Shown here: piece after piece, positions 1-10,620 of the stretch
Numbering within the stretch: position 1 is the stretch's first letter
Layout: every line of letters begins with the position of its first letter
Assembly (NCBI GenBank): GCA_050011775.1
Contig: JBEKIL010000004.1
Location: forward strand, 99,825-163,824
DNA from: Bacteroidota bacterium
GTDB taxonomy: Bacteria; Bacteroidota; Ignavibacteria; UBA10030; CAVZMI01
DNA length: 64,000 nucleotides
Direction: 5' to 3'
The notes under the pieces: model-generated
Told to the model about the DNA's origin: nothing
What the model saw: the letters and a program-made list of their open reading frames with translations, nothing else
Databases searched by the model: none
Made by a program: the position numbers and the translations under genes

Positions 1-2
1 GT

Positions 3-425
3 CCCCCGATTTGCAACAATTCTTGAACCGCCGCATGAAACATAATAACCACCACTCGCTGCAATTGAACCCATCGAGACGACGACCGGCTTCCCATCAT
101 CACGAACTTTACGTACTGCCTCATAAATTTCCTGGCTGGCGACAACCCCGCCGCCGGGTGATTCAACCCGGAACACGATACCCTTGATCGATTTATCGTC
201 ACCGTATTTTTTAAACTGGCGGACGATTTCTTCCGACGAGACGATCGTTTCCTTCAATTCAATGACCGCCAGTTTATCGCCGGACGATTTCCCTATTGTC
301 ACTTCATATGTCTCATCAGAGGAAGATATGTTTTTAAGAAGGAAAATCCCAATACCGAAAAAGACGATCAATATAACTCCACAAATACCGAGGAACCAGA
401 GGATAATCTTCGTGTTCTTTGTCAT
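3..425 (-). CDS. sppA: Signal peptide peptidase SppA (S49), 3' part runs off the window
   Basis: Not in the ORF track. Hand translation from ATG at 425: MTKNTKIILWFLGICGVILIVFFGIGIFLL (TM) ... RVESPGGGVVASQEIYEAV...KPVVVSMGSIAASGGYYVSC, typical S49 motifs. Confidence 0.92.
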   Translation of the reverse strand, partial: MTKNTKIILWFLGICGVILIVFFGIGIFLLKNISSSDETYEVTIGKSSGDKLAVIELKETIVSSEEIVRQFKKYGDDKSIKGIVFRVESPGGGVVASQEIYEAVRKVRDDGKPVVVSMGSIAASGGYYVSCGGSRIVANRG

Positions 426-545
426 GGATGGATGCGATAAGTTATTGATTTTGAATGTATTATACAAAAGGTTGGATAAAAAGTCAATAAGAGATTCGAC
501 TTCCTCTGAATGGATATAATGAGTTCGTAGAGTTTCCCAATGTTT

Positions 546-2936
546 TTATTGTTTTTTCCTTGTTTTGTTTTTCTTCGACAATTTCAAGCGAGATGCTTTT
601 TTCGGCTGTAAAGCGATCTTCAACACCTCTCCCATTTCCTTGACAAAGAAGAAATTGATTGATTGCCGGACGTTCTCCGGAATTTCCTCGACATCCGCAC
701 GGTTTCGATCAGGCAAAACAACCGTGGTAATTCCCGCCCGTGCGGCAGCGAGTACTTTCTCTTTTACACCACCGATAGGTAACACAGTACCGCGTAAGGT
801 AATCTCTCCGGTCATTGCGAGATCATTCCGTACATGGCGATCGGTAAGCAATGACACCAATGCCGTCAACATCGTAACCCCCGCTGATGGACCGTCCTTT
901 GGAATTGCTCCCGCCGGCACATGAACATGTATATCGTATTTATCCCTGAAGTTCTGCTCGATCCCCAGATCCCTGCTATTCGAAGCGATATAACTCACAG
1001 CCGCCTGAATAGATTCCTTCATGATATCACCGAGTTGACCGGTGATGATCAGAGCCCCCTTCCCCTTCATTTTCGTCGCTTCGATGAAAAGAATATCACC
1101 GCCAACGGGAGTCCATGCAAGCCCAGTAGCAATCCCCGGTTTGGAAATCCTCTCGGACACTTCCGAATAAAACTTATCTTTCCCAAGAAATGCAATAACA
1201 TCATCTCTCCCAATAACCCGCCCCTCTTTTTTCCCTTCTACGATGTCCCGGGCAGCACCACGGCAGACATCTGCAATCCTGCGCTCGAGCGAACGTACAC
1301 CGGCTTCCTTAGTGTATGCGTTTATGATTTTTTTCAGCGCAACGTCTTCGAATACAAGACTCTTATCCTTCAAGCCGTGTTCTTTGATTTGTTTAGGCAC
1401 GAGGAAGCGTTTCGCGATCATCAGCTTTTCCTCTTCGGTGTAACTGGGAATCTCGATGATCTCCATTCGATCCCGCAGTGCCGGAGGAATCGGTTCCAGC
1501 ATATTTCCGGTAGTGATAAACATTACATTCGACAAATCAAACGCCGCTTCAATATAATGATCGCTGAATGAAAAGTTTTGTTCCGGATCGAGGACTTCAA
1601 GCAAGGCCGAGGATGGATCACCCCGAAAATCCATTCCTATCTTATCCACTTCATCGAGCATAAAGACAGGATTATTCGATCCAGCTTTTTTCAATCCCTG
1701 AATTATCCGTCCCGGTAAAGCGCCGATATAAGTCCGGCGATGACCCCTGATTTCGGCTTCATCATGCACACCGCCGAGCGAGATTCTGACAAATTTTCGC
1801 CCAAGGGCATTCGCAATCGATCGGCCCAGCGAGGTTTTACCTACACCCGGAGGACCCACGAAACACAAAATCGGACCCTTCATATCTTTTTTCAATTTCC
1901 GGACGGCAAGATATTCCAGAATTCGTTTTTTCACCTTATCCAGACCGTAATGCTCGTCATTAAGCACTCCCTCGGCCTTTTTGATGTCAAGCCGATCTTC
2001 CGTGCCTACACTCCAGGGAAGTTCCAGGAGCCAGTCGAGATACGTTCGCGATACTGTATACTCGGCCGAGGCGGGACTCATCCGTGAAAGCCGATCGAGT
2101 TCTTTATCGGCAATGGTTTTCACTTCCTGGGGGAATTTTGTTTCATCTATTTTATTCCTGAGTTCCTTGATTTCAACGTTACCCTCATCTTCCCCGAGTT
2201 CTTTCCTAATTGCTTTCATCTGCTCACGGAGATAATATTCGCGTTGAGTCTTGCCTATTTCATCCTGGACATCAGATTGGATCTTGTTTCCGAGTTCCAG
2301 CCGCTGGACAAGTTTATTCAAAGCAAGATTTGTTTTTACAAGACGTTCCTTCACCTTGAGGCTTTCAAGGACATCCTGTTTTTCCTGTATATTTGCGTTT
2401 ACGAGCGACATTATAACATCAGCGAGTGGTCCCTGTTCCTGCATGTTCATAACTATTGCGAGGTGCTCCGAAGTGAGATCATTCGAGAGGTCGACGACTT
2501 TTCGAAATAGAGAGCGTATGTTTGCGATAAGGGCTTCTTCTTCAACATCCGCTGTCTCTTCATCGCCAACACGCTGTGAAAGAGCGCGCAAATACGGTTC
2601 AGTCTGTACAAAATTTAACACTCTAGCGCGGTACATTCCCTGTACAAGGACGCTCTTTGTCCCGTCAGGCAAGGCATAAACTTTTAGGATTTTAGCCGCA
2701 GTACCGAAGTTATAGACATCAGCCGGAATCGGGACATCGACTGAGGAATCCTTCTGGGCGAGAAGAAGGATTGTCGAATTCGAGTGGACTGCTTCATCGA
2801 CGACTTTGATCGTACTTTCACGACCGATCGACAGCGGTACGACCTGCCGGGGATAGAATACAGTGTTACGTAAGGGAATTACCGGAAGAACTTCCGGTAC
2901 ATTGACATTGTCAGGAGTTGTTGTTTTCATTGACAT
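546..2936 (-). CDS. lon: ATP-dependent Lon protease
   Basis: LON N-domain (PVIPLRNTVFYP), Walker A GPPGVGKT, Walker B MLDEVDK, catalytic PKDGPSAG and IGGVKEK. Start placed at ATG 2936 (2930 is an alternative) rather than the ORF-track start at 2987. Confidence 0.97.
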   Translation of the reverse strand: MSMKTTTPDNVNVPEVLPVIPLRNTVFYPRQVVPLSIGRESTIKVVDEAVHSNSTILLLAQKDSSVDVPIPADVYNFGTAAKILKVYALPDGTKSVLVQGMYRARVLNFVQTEPYLRALSQRVGDEETADVEEEALIANIRSLFRKVVDLSNDLTSEHLAIVMNMQEQGPLADVIMSLVNANIQEKQDVLESLKVKERLVKTNLALNKLVQRLELGNKIQSDVQDEIGKTQREYYLREQMKAIRKELGEDEGNVEIKELRNKIDETKFPQEVKTIADKELDRLSRMSPASAEYTVSRTYLDWLLELPWSVGTEDRLDIKKAEGVLNDEHYGLDKVKKRILEYLAVRKLKKDMKGPILCFVGPPGVGKTSLGRSIANALGRKFVRISLGGVHDEAEIRGHRRTYIGALPGRIIQGLKKAGSNNPVFMLDEVDKIGMDFRGDPSSALLEVLDPEQNFSFSDHYIEAAFDLSNVMFITTGNMLEPIPPALRDRMEIIEIPSYTEEEKLMIAKRFLVPKQIKEHGLKDKSLVFEDVALKKIINAYTKEAGVRSLERRIADVCRGAARDIVEGKKEGRVIGRDDVIAFLGKDKFYSEVSERISKPGIATGLAWTPVGGDILFIEATKMKGKGALIITGQLGDIMKESIQAAVSYIASNSRDLGIEQNFRDKYDIHVHVPAGAIPKDGPSAGVTMLTALVSLLTDRHVRNDLAMTGEITLRGTVLPIGGVKEKVLAAARAGITTVVLPDRNRADVEEIPENVRQSINFFFVKEMGEVLKIALQPKKASRLKLSKKNKTRKKQ

Positions 2937-3136
2937 CACACGACCCTTCTTTCCCGTCTCATCGAATAACCAACCGGGAACGCACAAAGTTCCCCTCTTT
3001 CATATGGATTTATCTCAATACAAATAAGTGATTTCAATGATTTCTCTTTTTATCTTAAACATATTGCTTTTTGATGTCAACGATTATAACAATCCGGCTC
3101 CTTCAGATATTCTTTGGTATTACAATCTATATATAT

Positions 3137-3165
3137 GAGCGGGTACTCTCACCTTGTACCCGCTC
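3137..3165. terminator. Perfect 10-bp hairpin downstream of hsp20 (terminator or mRNA-stabilising stem)
   Basis: GAGCGGGTAC (3137-3146) pairs with GTACCCGCTC (3156-3165). No clean poly-U tail on the minus strand. Confidence 0.45.
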
Positions 3166-3183
3166 CTACCGCGATTCGATGAT

Positions 3184-3672
3184 TCAGGCAGCCTTGATCT
3201 GAATCTCTTTCGGTTTTACTTCTTCAGCTTTAGGGATTTCGATCGTCAGCACACCGTCCTTAAAGTTTGCCTCGATCTTTTCTCCTTTTACTAATGAAGG
3301 AAGAGTAAACGTCCTCTCGAACGAACCGTAGACACGTTCACTGCGAAAGTAGCTCTTATCTTTTTCTTCCTTCTCTCTCTTCTTCTCGCCGTGAATTGTC
3401 AGGAGATTTTCCTTCAGTGTGATTTTCACATCTTCCTTCGAGACTCCGGGAAGTTCAGCTTTCATGACGTATGCATCTTCTTTTTCAGTGACGTCAACAT
3501 TCGGATACCAGTTGTTGATACGAAGATTGTTGTCATCAGCTATCCCGCGGTTGAAGAATCGATCGAAAACACGATTGATTTCGTCTTGCATCGAGAACAG
3601 GTCCGTGGAAAGATCAGCCATCGGCGTCCACGATGCAATGTCATGCGTCGGTTTCCAACGAATGAGTGTCAT
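3184..3672 (-). CDS. Hsp20/alpha-crystallin small heat-shock protein
   Basis: WYPNVDVTEKED..AELPGVSKEDV..RSERVYGSFERTFTLP..ANFKDGVLTIEIPK. Confidence 0.95.
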   Translation of the reverse strand: MTLIRWKPTHDIASWTPMADLSTDLFSMQDEINRVFDRFFNRGIADDNNLRINNWYPNVDVTEKEDAYVMKAELPGVSKEDVKITLKENLLTIHGEKKREKEEKDKSYFRSERVYGSFERTFTLPSLVKGEKIEANFKDGVLTIEIPKAEEVKPKEIQIKAA

Positions 3673-3725
3673 AGTGTTAACCCTCCTGTTCTTTTGTATA
3701 GATTTTTACTTATTGATAATTGATA

Positions 3726-4139
3726 TTAATGAATAGGTATTTCCTTTACTTTTGATTGTTCCTGTTTCGGCAGTTTAATTCTTAGTATACCGTTTGCATA
3801 TTCCGTCGTCACCGCATCGACGTTTACCGTCGATGGAAGTTTGAACTTCCTGGAAAAGTCACCGCGTGATATCTCGGAAACAATCCTCCGTCTTCCATCA
3901 TTCGATGATGCGGAACGCTTACCGGAGACACTCAGGATATTCTGATGAATCGAAACTTTCAAATCCTCTTTTGTCACACCGGGAACTTCAACGACAACTT
4001 CAAACGAATCTCCGGCTTCATCGATATCAACAGCAGGACAGTATTGATGAACATAGGATCTTGTATTGAATAGATCTCCAAATATATCATCATTCAATAC
4101 TTCGTCGATAAGTGAACGACTATTTAATTTTACTTCCAT
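3726..4139 (-). CDS. Hsp20/alpha-crystallin small heat-shock protein (second paralogue)
   Basis: PAVDIDEAGD..VEVPGVTKEDL..SEISRGDFSRKFKLP..EYANGILRIKLPK; RBS AAGGAG upstream. Confidence 0.93.
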   Translation of the reverse strand: MEVKLNSRSLIDEVLNDDIFGDLFNTRSYVHQYCPAVDIDEAGDSFEVVVEVPGVTKEDLKVSIHQNILSVSGKRSASSNDGRRRIVSEISRGDFSRKFKLPSTVNVDAVTTEYANGILRIKLPKQEQSKVKEIPIH

Positions 4140-4171
4140 TGTTTTCTCCTTGTCTTTTTAGTCAATAAAAT

Positions 4172-4188
4172 CTCAAACGATGTGCCAA
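4172..4188 (-). promoter_or_regulatory. Candidate sigma-54 (-24/-12) promoter of the hsp20-hsp20-lon-sppA run
   Basis: Minus strand reads TTGGCACATCGTTTGAG versus consensus YTGGCACGNNNNTTGCW. Spacing is correct, with A instead of C at -12. It lies ~30 nt upstream of the hsp20 start codon. Confidence 0.5.
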
Positions 4189-4398
4189 TTTTAAATTCAT
4201 TAAATTTGACTATTTTTTCAGCATATGTGTCAGAAGAAAATTCCTATGACAGTCAGAATGACAGTAACACTGATAATTTTTCAGAGAATAATGACATTTT
4301 GCAATATCAGTGAATGAAATTATGACAGATAAAAAGAAAAAGTCCATCACAAAGTGACGGACTTTTTAAAAACTTATAATACAATTATAGGACTGTAC

Positions 4399-5352
4399 CT
4401 ACGCTTGTTCCTGAGCTTCAAGGAAACGTTCTGCATCGATCGCTGCCATACATCCGCTCCCTGCCGCCGTAACCGCCTGGCGATAAGAACTGTCAGCAAC
4501 GTCGCCCGCAGCAAACACACCCGGAATATTTGTCTGTGTGTTCCTTCCCCGAAGTACGATATACTCCTTTTGATCCAATTCGACTTGTCCCTTGAATATC
4601 CCGGTATTCGGTTGATGACCGATAGCAACAAAGACACCATCGCATTGCAGATCCGATAGTGCTTCGGTTTTCACATTTCGTAATCGGACACCCGTGATAC
4701 TCTTTTTATTGTTTTCCTCCCGCCCGATTATTTCATCCACGACGGAATTCCACACGAACGAGATCTTTGGATTTTTTTTAACACGTTCCTGCATGAATTT
4801 CGACGCCCTCAAGGCATCACGTCGATGCACAATAGTTATTTTCGATGCAAACCGTGTAAGAAAAAGTGCCTCTTCCATTGCTGTGTCCCCGCCACCAACA
4901 ACAACAACCTCGAGATTTTTAAAGAAGAAACCATCGCATGTTGCACATGCCGATACACCGTACCCCATATATTTCTTTTCAGACGGAATATTTAATAGTC
5001 TGGCCGATGCGCCTGATGCAATAATTACCGAATCACCATAATATATTTCATCTTCTGCCACAATTTTGAAAGGCCGTTTTGAGAAATTAACTTCGGTTAC
5101 ATCCTTAAACATCGTTTCGGCTCCAAATTTCTGAGCCTGCTTTCTAAAAAGTTCCATCATCTCGGGTCCCATGATTCCATCGGGGAATCCGGGATAATTC
5201 TCAACATCAGTGGTAATCGTCAGCTGTCCGCCGGGCTGAAATCCCTCAAAAACCGCCGGTTTCAGGTCTGCCCGTGCAGCATATAATGCAGCTGTCAATC
5301 CTGCTGGCCCTGAACCAATAATTATAATTTTATATCGTTTTTCTTCTGCCAT
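4399..5352 (-). CDS. trxB: Thioredoxin-disulfide reductase
   Basis: IIGSGPAGLTAA FAD motif, redox CATCDG, VVGGGDTA NADPH motif, GVFAAGD. Confidence 0.97.
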   Translation of the reverse strand: MAEEKRYKIIIIGSGPAGLTAALYAARADLKPAVFEGFQPGGQLTITTDVENYPGFPDGIMGPEMMELFRKQAQKFGAETMFKDVTEVNFSKRPFKIVAEDEIYYGDSVIIASGASARLLNIPSEKKYMGYGVSACATCDGFFFKNLEVVVVGGGDTAMEEALFLTRFASKITIVHRRDALRASKFMQERVKKNPKISFVWNSVVDEIIGREENNKKSITGVRLRNVKTEALSDLQCDGVFVAIGHQPNTGIFKGQVELDQKEYIVLRGRNTQTNIPGVFAAGDVADSSYRQAVTAAGSGCMAAIDAERFLEAQEQA

Positions 5353-5495
5353 ACTAAATCTCCTGGAAGCAGGTTAAATTCGTATCGCTCATATGATGCA
5401 CAAAAATAATAAAAGATTCGTGCCATGGTTGCCTTGATACATCTTCCGGTTTGGCAGGTACGCCCGGCAATGCATCACATTAAAGTCTTTTCGAA

Positions 5496-6431
5496 TCATT
5501 CTTTATTCATAGCGTACTCTATATTCCGCATCAATCCTTTGTGTTTTGCACGTTTTATGGCGCTTTTTGAAAATTTTCTTGAAAAATCCTCTTTTGTCAT
5601 TTTCCCCCATTGATCTAACTGCGGGGACAGATTTTCTTCATGAGGCCGAAAATCATCAATCAATGATGGAATAGAAAATCTCTCATTCCACGGGCAGACG
5701 TCCTGACAGATATCGCATCCATATATCCACCCGTTGAATTTATCTCTATATTGCGGATCGATTTCTCCTCGATGTTCAATAGTAAGATATGATAAACATT
5801 TCGACGAATCAACAACATAGGGTGCAATAATGGCCCGAGTAGGGCATGCCTCAATGCATCTTGAACAGGAACCGCAAAAATCCTGCATGGGAGTATCCGG
5901 AACAAGCTCCAACGAAGTAATGATTTCACCGAGAAAGATCCACGAGCCGGCGTCACGCGTGATTATGTTTGTATGTTTCCCGAGCCAGCCGATTCCCGCC
6001 CTTGCTGCCCAGACTTTTTCCATTACGGGACCTGTATCCACATACGTTTTCGTTTCAATCCCCGTGAAGTTTTCATGAAGCAAATTAGCGAGGGTGTCGA
6101 CCATGGATTTAATAACCTCATGATAATCATTTCCCCATGCATATCGTGAGATTTTTCCTACTCCAGGTTTATCAAGGTGTGAATATGGATGATAATAGTT
6201 CACGGCACAACAGATAATCGAGCGTGCAGACGGCAGAATATCACGTGGATTCTTTCGCTTCTGAGTGTCGTTCTTCATCCATTCCATTGACGCATGATAA
6301 CCGCGCAGGAGCCACTCATCAAGGTGAACGCCTTCTTCATCCAGTGTTTGCACAGTAGAAATGCCGACATGGGTAAATCCGACTTCCCGAGCCCGATTCT
6401 TCACCCATATAGCGGCTTCATTAAACGTCAT
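5496..6431 (-). CDS. queG: tRNA epoxyqueuosine(34) reductase QueG
   Basis: ISRYAWGNDYH, YVDTGPVMEK, AGIGWLGKH, CGSCSRCIEACPT, GCDICQDVCPWN. Confidence 0.95.
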   Translation of the reverse strand: MTFNEAAIWVKNRAREVGFTHVGISTVQTLDEEGVHLDEWLLRGYHASMEWMKNDTQKRKNPRDILPSARSIICCAVNYYHPYSHLDKPGVGKISRYAWGNDYHEVIKSMVDTLANLLHENFTGIETKTYVDTGPVMEKVWAARAGIGWLGKHTNIITRDAGSWIFLGEIITSLELVPDTPMQDFCGSCSRCIEACPTRAIIAPYVVDSSKCLSYLTIEHRGEIDPQYRDKFNGWIYGCDICQDVCPWNERFSIPSLIDDFRPHEENLSPQLDQWGKMTKEDFSRKFSKSAIKRAKHKGLMRNIEYAMNKE

Positions 6432-6471
6432 GTGGATTCACCCAAATTATATTCTAAGGTAAAGATAAAAT

Positions 6472-6505
6472 AAAAAGGTCGGTCGTCATAGATATGAGAC
6501 CGACC
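6472..6505 (-). terminator. Intrinsic terminator after the ferredoxin gene
   Basis: GGTCGGTC-G-TCATA GA TATGA-GACCGACC hairpin (6477-6505), followed by TTTTT on the minus strand. Confidence 0.75.
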
Positions 6506-6527
6506 TCAACTCTACATCTTCAAGTAC

Positions 6528-6866
6528 TCATTTCCGGAAATGTGAATTTGCAGCCGATAATTCACCGATGGATTTCTCCGGAAGTATTTTCTTTGCCCGT
6601 TCAAGCAGTACATCTTCGGCCTCGACACGGTTTGGATCGGGAACACAGCAATCTACCGGGCAGACAGCAGCACACTGCTCTGTATCGGCATGACCAACGC
6701 ATTCTGTGCATTTATCCGGAACGATATAATAAAAATCGTTGGAGAGTGCATCGTTCATCGCGCCATTCAATTCCCATTGTACGCCGCCTGCATATATCGC
6801 AGTGTTTGGACACTCAGGCTCGCATGCTCCGCAGTTTATGCACTCCTCAGTGATCATCGTTGCCAT
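6528..6866 (-). CDS. 4Fe-4S dicluster ferredoxin (YfhL-like)
   Basis: CINCGACEPECP and CTECVG...CAAVCPVDCC. Confidence 0.9.
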   Translation of the reverse strand: MATMITEECINCGACEPECPNTAIYAGGVQWELNGAMNDALSNDFYYIVPDKCTECVGHADTEQCAAVCPVDCCVPDPNRVEAEDVLLERAKKILPEKSIGELSAANSHFRK

Positions 6867-6911
6867 ATTTATTTCTCCTTAAAATATATTCGTAAAGAAA
6901 CAAACTGAATA

Positions 6912-6940
6912 ATAATAAGAAAAACCACACCCAAGTTCAA
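6912..6940 (-). promoter_or_regulatory. Sigma70-type promoter for the ferredoxin gene
   Basis: Minus strand TTGAAC-N17-TATTAT. Confidence 0.45.
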
Positions 6941-6978
6941 GGTATTTTTTTCAATTCTCTTATGAAAAAGCCTTATTT

Positions 6979-9900
6979 TTAGGACTTTTCGGGGCGTATA
7001 TTAAAATATTTTGCCTGAGGATGATGGACAATTATTGCACTTGTCGATTGTTCCGGAACGATCTGGAATTCCTCCGTCAACGACACTCCGATCCTTTCCG
7101 GACAAAGCAGTTCAAAGAGCTTCGTTTGGTCCTCGAGATTCGGACAGGCGGGATATCCAAAGCTGTACCGCGAGCCCTGATATCCCTGACTGAATAATTT
7201 CTTCATATCTGCCGCATCATTTCCGGCGATACCAAGGTCCTGACGGATAACCTTGTGCCAGAATTCGGCCAATGCCTCGGCCGACTCGACGCCCAGACCG
7301 TGAAAGAACAAGTAGTCACGATAATCGCCTGCATCATAGAGAGTTTTTGCAAACTCGGATGCCTTGCTTCCCATTGTCACGAGCTGTAGTGCAACGACGT
7401 CCTGTTTTCCAGATTCGACCGGAAGAAAGAAATCCGAAATGCACAGGAATCGATCATCCGACTGCCGCGGGAATGTAAATCGAAGCCTCTCGTTCACTCC
7501 ACCCTCATCATAAACAATAAGATCGTTTCCATCGCTGTTACATGGAAAATAACCGTAGACGACCTTTGGCTGAAGAAGTTTTTCTCGATCCGCCCGTGCT
7601 TTCCATTCGTGCAACGCAGGGCGTACTGAGTCATCCAGGAATTTCTCGAACTCGGGGATTGATAGCTTCCCCCTCCTAAACTGCCATTGCCCTTTCACCA
7701 GAGCAGTTTCGTTGATGTATCGATATACCTCGGTCAATGGAATATCATCGACCACACGAACGCCATAAAAAGGAGCGTCTGGAATTTTCTCGAGCACCCT
7801 TACATATGTACTGCGCTGTGCAGTTTGTCTCTGCGTGCTTTTATCAGGTATCTCTTTCAATATTTTGTTCTCTGTCGTTTTTCGCGCGATAGTTCCAATA
7901 TCACGAGGCGTCTTGTCCAGACTACCCTGTACTACATGTTCCATAAATCGCAGGCCGTCGAAGGCATCATTTGCGTATTCAACGTAGCCATTGTAAACCG
8001 ATCGAAGATTTTCTTCGACATAACGGCGCGTCAATGCCGCCCCTCCAAGGACGACCGGTACTTCTATCCGCCGCTCATTAAGCACTTCGAGATTTTCCTT
8101 CATGATGAGTGTCGATTTCACCAGCAATCCGCTCATTCCGATGGCGTTTGCTTTATGCTCTTCGACGCTTCGCAATATATTCTCAACCGGTTGTTTGATT
8201 CCGAGATTGATGACCTTGTAGCCATTGTTGGTCAGAATAATATCAACGAGATTCTTACCGATATCATGTACATCGCCTTTCACCGTGGCAAGAACAAGTA
8301 TTCCCTTGTTCGTCGATTCGGATTTTTCCATAAATTGTTCGAGATAAGCGACAGCCGTCTTCATTACCTCGGCCGATTGAAGAACAAAAGGAAGCTGCAT
8401 TTCACCTCGCCCGAAAAGATCGCCGACCACCTTCATTCCATCGAGGAGAATCGTATTAATAATCTCCAACGGCTTGTACCGACGGAGCGCGTTATCAAGA
8501 TCAGCCTGAATATCAACCTTATCGCCGTCGATAATTCGCCGTTTTAATATCTCCTCAATCGTCCCGACTGAACGAACGACGTGTTCTTTCGGTACGGTAG
8601 ACTTCCTGGTGTAGAATTCCATTATCGCCTTGAGCGGATCTAATTCCGGAGTACGTTCATCGAAGATCAATTTCCGACAGAGTTCAAGTCCCTCCTTTTC
8701 GATTTTATAGAGAGGAAGGATTTTCTGCGCGTTCACGATTGCCATATCGAGACCGGTTTCAATGGCATAATGTAGAAAAACACTGTTGATGATCTGCCGC
8801 GCCTGGGGGGCCAGACCGAATGAGATGTTGCTGACTCCAAGAAGAGTCCGCACATTCGGGAATTCCTTTTTGATCAGACGGATCCCTTCGATGGTCTCGA
8901 GACCGGCTTTTCTGAATTCCTCATCGCCCGATCCGAGTGTTAATGTCAGCGTATCGAAGATCAGGTCCTCTTCCGGCAGGCCATATTTTTTCGTGACGAT
9001 ATCATGAATATGCCGTGCAATTGCAAGCTTTTTCTGTGCCGTTTTTGCCATACCATCTTCATCAATTGTCAGGGCAACAACAGCAGCACCATACTTTTTA
9101 CAGAGCGGGACGATCTTCGCGATCCGTTCCTCACCGTCTTCACAATTGATTGAATTAACGATTGGCTTTCCGGCAATCAGCTTCAACGCCTCTTCGACAA
9201 CCTGCCATTCGGTAGAGTCGATCATTAGCGGCACTAAAACCTGCGTATTGAACCGTTTGATAATTTCGTGCATATCCCGGACTTCATCGCGGCCAGCATA
9301 GGCAGCGCAGACGTCAAGGATATGTGCCCCTTCGCGGACCTGTTCCTTCGCCATCGCAACTATGCCGTCGTAGTCCTCGGCCTGCAATAACTCACGGAAT
9401 TTCTTGCTGCCGTTGGCATTCGTCCGCTCACCGACGATCACCGGCGGCGGTTCGATATGTGTTGTTGCAATTGAATACAAACTCGCTACTGATGGTACAA
9501 AATCGACCGTCCGTTGATACATTGTCGTATCACGTACAGCTTCGACCAGGGCGTGAATATGCTCGGGCGTTGTGCCACAGCACCCGCCGACAATCTGCAC
9601 ACCGAGATCGCGCACAAAATGTCCGAGCGACGAGGCAAGCTCATCCGGCGTAAGATTATAATGAGCTCTTCCTCCAATATTCTCCGGCATACCGGCATTT
9701 GGCATGACGAACACTGGTTTCGGACTCGCCCCGCAGAGATAGCGCACGTTCTCGGACATTTCTTTCGGTCCGGTCGCGCAGTTCATTCCTATAATATTGA
9801 CGGGAAAACTCATGAGCGTTGTAAGCGCAGCGTTGATTTCGGTCCCGAGAAGCATCGTACCGGTCGATTCAATTGTGATAGAGGAAATGACCGGTACGGA

Positions 9901-10452
9901 ACGGCCCGCCTGCCGGAAATATTCGAAGATCGCCACAAGTGCCGCTTTCGCTTGAAGAAGATCCTGACAGGTCTCAACCGAAAGAAGATCCACTCCTCCA
10001 TCCATCAATCCACGAACCTGATCGTAAAACGAATTTTTCATATCCGCGAAGGAAATATGTTGAAGTGACGGTAGCTTTGTCGTCGGTCCGATCGATCCGG
10101 CAACATACCGCGGATAAGATTCAGATGAGTAGTGAGTTGCGATTCTTTTTGCGATTCTCGCAGCTTCGCGATTTAACTCGTAGGATTTGTCTTGAAGTCC
10201 GTACTCAGCCAAAACAATGCTCGCGCCGCCGAATGTATCGGTTTCAATAACATCACAGCCGGCTTCAAGAAAATCGACGTGCACTTTTTCGACAGCCGAC
10301 GGTTTTGAGAAGACGAGGTTTTCATTACAGCCGTTAAGGTGCTCACCGCCGAAATCGGCCGCGTTCAGGTTCTGTCGCTGTATACTCGTACCCGTTGCTC
10401 CATCGAACACGATGACGCGATTCTGGAGTCTATGTAAGAAGGATTCAGGCAT
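6979..10452 (-). CDS. metH: Cobalamin-dependent methionine synthase
   Basis: Hcy domain (FDGATGT, GGCCGT), pterin-binding domain (VGERTNANGS), B12-binding motif (KGDVHDIGKNLV..MSGLL), activation domain (RYSFGYPACP). Confidence 0.97.
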   Translation of the reverse strand: MPESFLHRLQNRVIVFDGATGTSIQRQNLNAADFGGEHLNGCNENLVFSKPSAVEKVHVDFLEAGCDVIETDTFGGASIVLAEYGLQDKSYELNREAARIAKRIATHYSSESYPRYVAGSIGPTTKLPSLQHISFADMKNSFYDQVRGLMDGGVDLLSVETCQDLLQAKAALVAIFEYFRQAGRSVPVISSITIESTGTMLLGTEINAALTTLMSFPVNIIGMNCATGPKEMSENVRYLCGASPKPVFVMPNAGMPENIGGRAHYNLTPDELASSLGHFVRDLGVQIVGGCCGTTPEHIHALVEAVRDTTMYQRTVDFVPSVASLYSIATTHIEPPPVIVGERTNANGSKKFRELLQAEDYDGIVAMAKEQVREGAHILDVCAAYAGRDEVRDMHEIIKRFNTQVLVPLMIDSTEWQVVEEALKLIAGKPIVNSINCEDGEERIAKIVPLCKKYGAAVVALTIDEDGMAKTAQKKLAIARHIHDIVTKKYGLPEEDLIFDTLTLTLGSGDEEFRKAGLETIEGIRLIKKEFPNVRTLLGVSNISFGLAPQARQIINSVFLHYAIETGLDMAIVNAQKILPLYKIEKEGLELCRKLIFDERTPELDPLKAIMEFYTRKSTVPKEHVVRSVGTIEEILKRRIIDGDKVDIQADLDNALRRYKPLEIINTILLDGMKVVGDLFGRGEMQLPFVLQSAEVMKTAVAYLEQFMEKSESTNKGILVLATVKGDVHDIGKNLVDIILTNNGYKVINLGIKQPVENILRSVEEHKANAIGMSGLLVKSTLIMKENLEVLNERRIEVPVVLGGAALTRRYVEENLRSVYNGYVEYANDAFDGLRFMEHVVQGSLDKTPRDIGTIARKTTENKILKEIPDKSTQRQTAQRSTYVRVLEKIPDAPFYGVRVVDDIPLTEVYRYINETALVKGQWQFRRGKLSIPEFEKFLDDSVRPALHEWKARADREKLLQPKVVYGYFPCNSDGNDLIVYDEGGVNERLRFTFPRQSDDRFLCISDFFLPVESGKQDVVALQLVTMGSKASEFAKTLYDAGDYRDYLFFHGLGVESAEALAEFWHKVIRQDLGIAGNDAADMKKLFSQGYQGSRYSFGYPACPNLEDQTKLFELLCPERIGVSLTEEFQIVPEQSTSAIIVHHPQAKYFNIRPEKS

Positions 10453-10591
10453 TAAAATAATGATTTTGTACCAATTTCGGTGTTTAATACACTATTATTC
10501 TAAGGTTATATAATCTTCAATCAATTCAGACTCATAAAGATACAATAATAACCCAAGAGAGCGTGAAATAATTCCATTATATGATCATAAA

Positions 10592-10620
10592 AATATACAA
10601 AAAAATGCAGCGCCTAGCAA
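10592..10620 (-). promoter_or_regulatory. Sigma70-type promoter upstream of metH
   Basis: Minus strand TTGCTA-N17-TATATT, with TG immediately before the -10 box. Confidence 0.5.
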
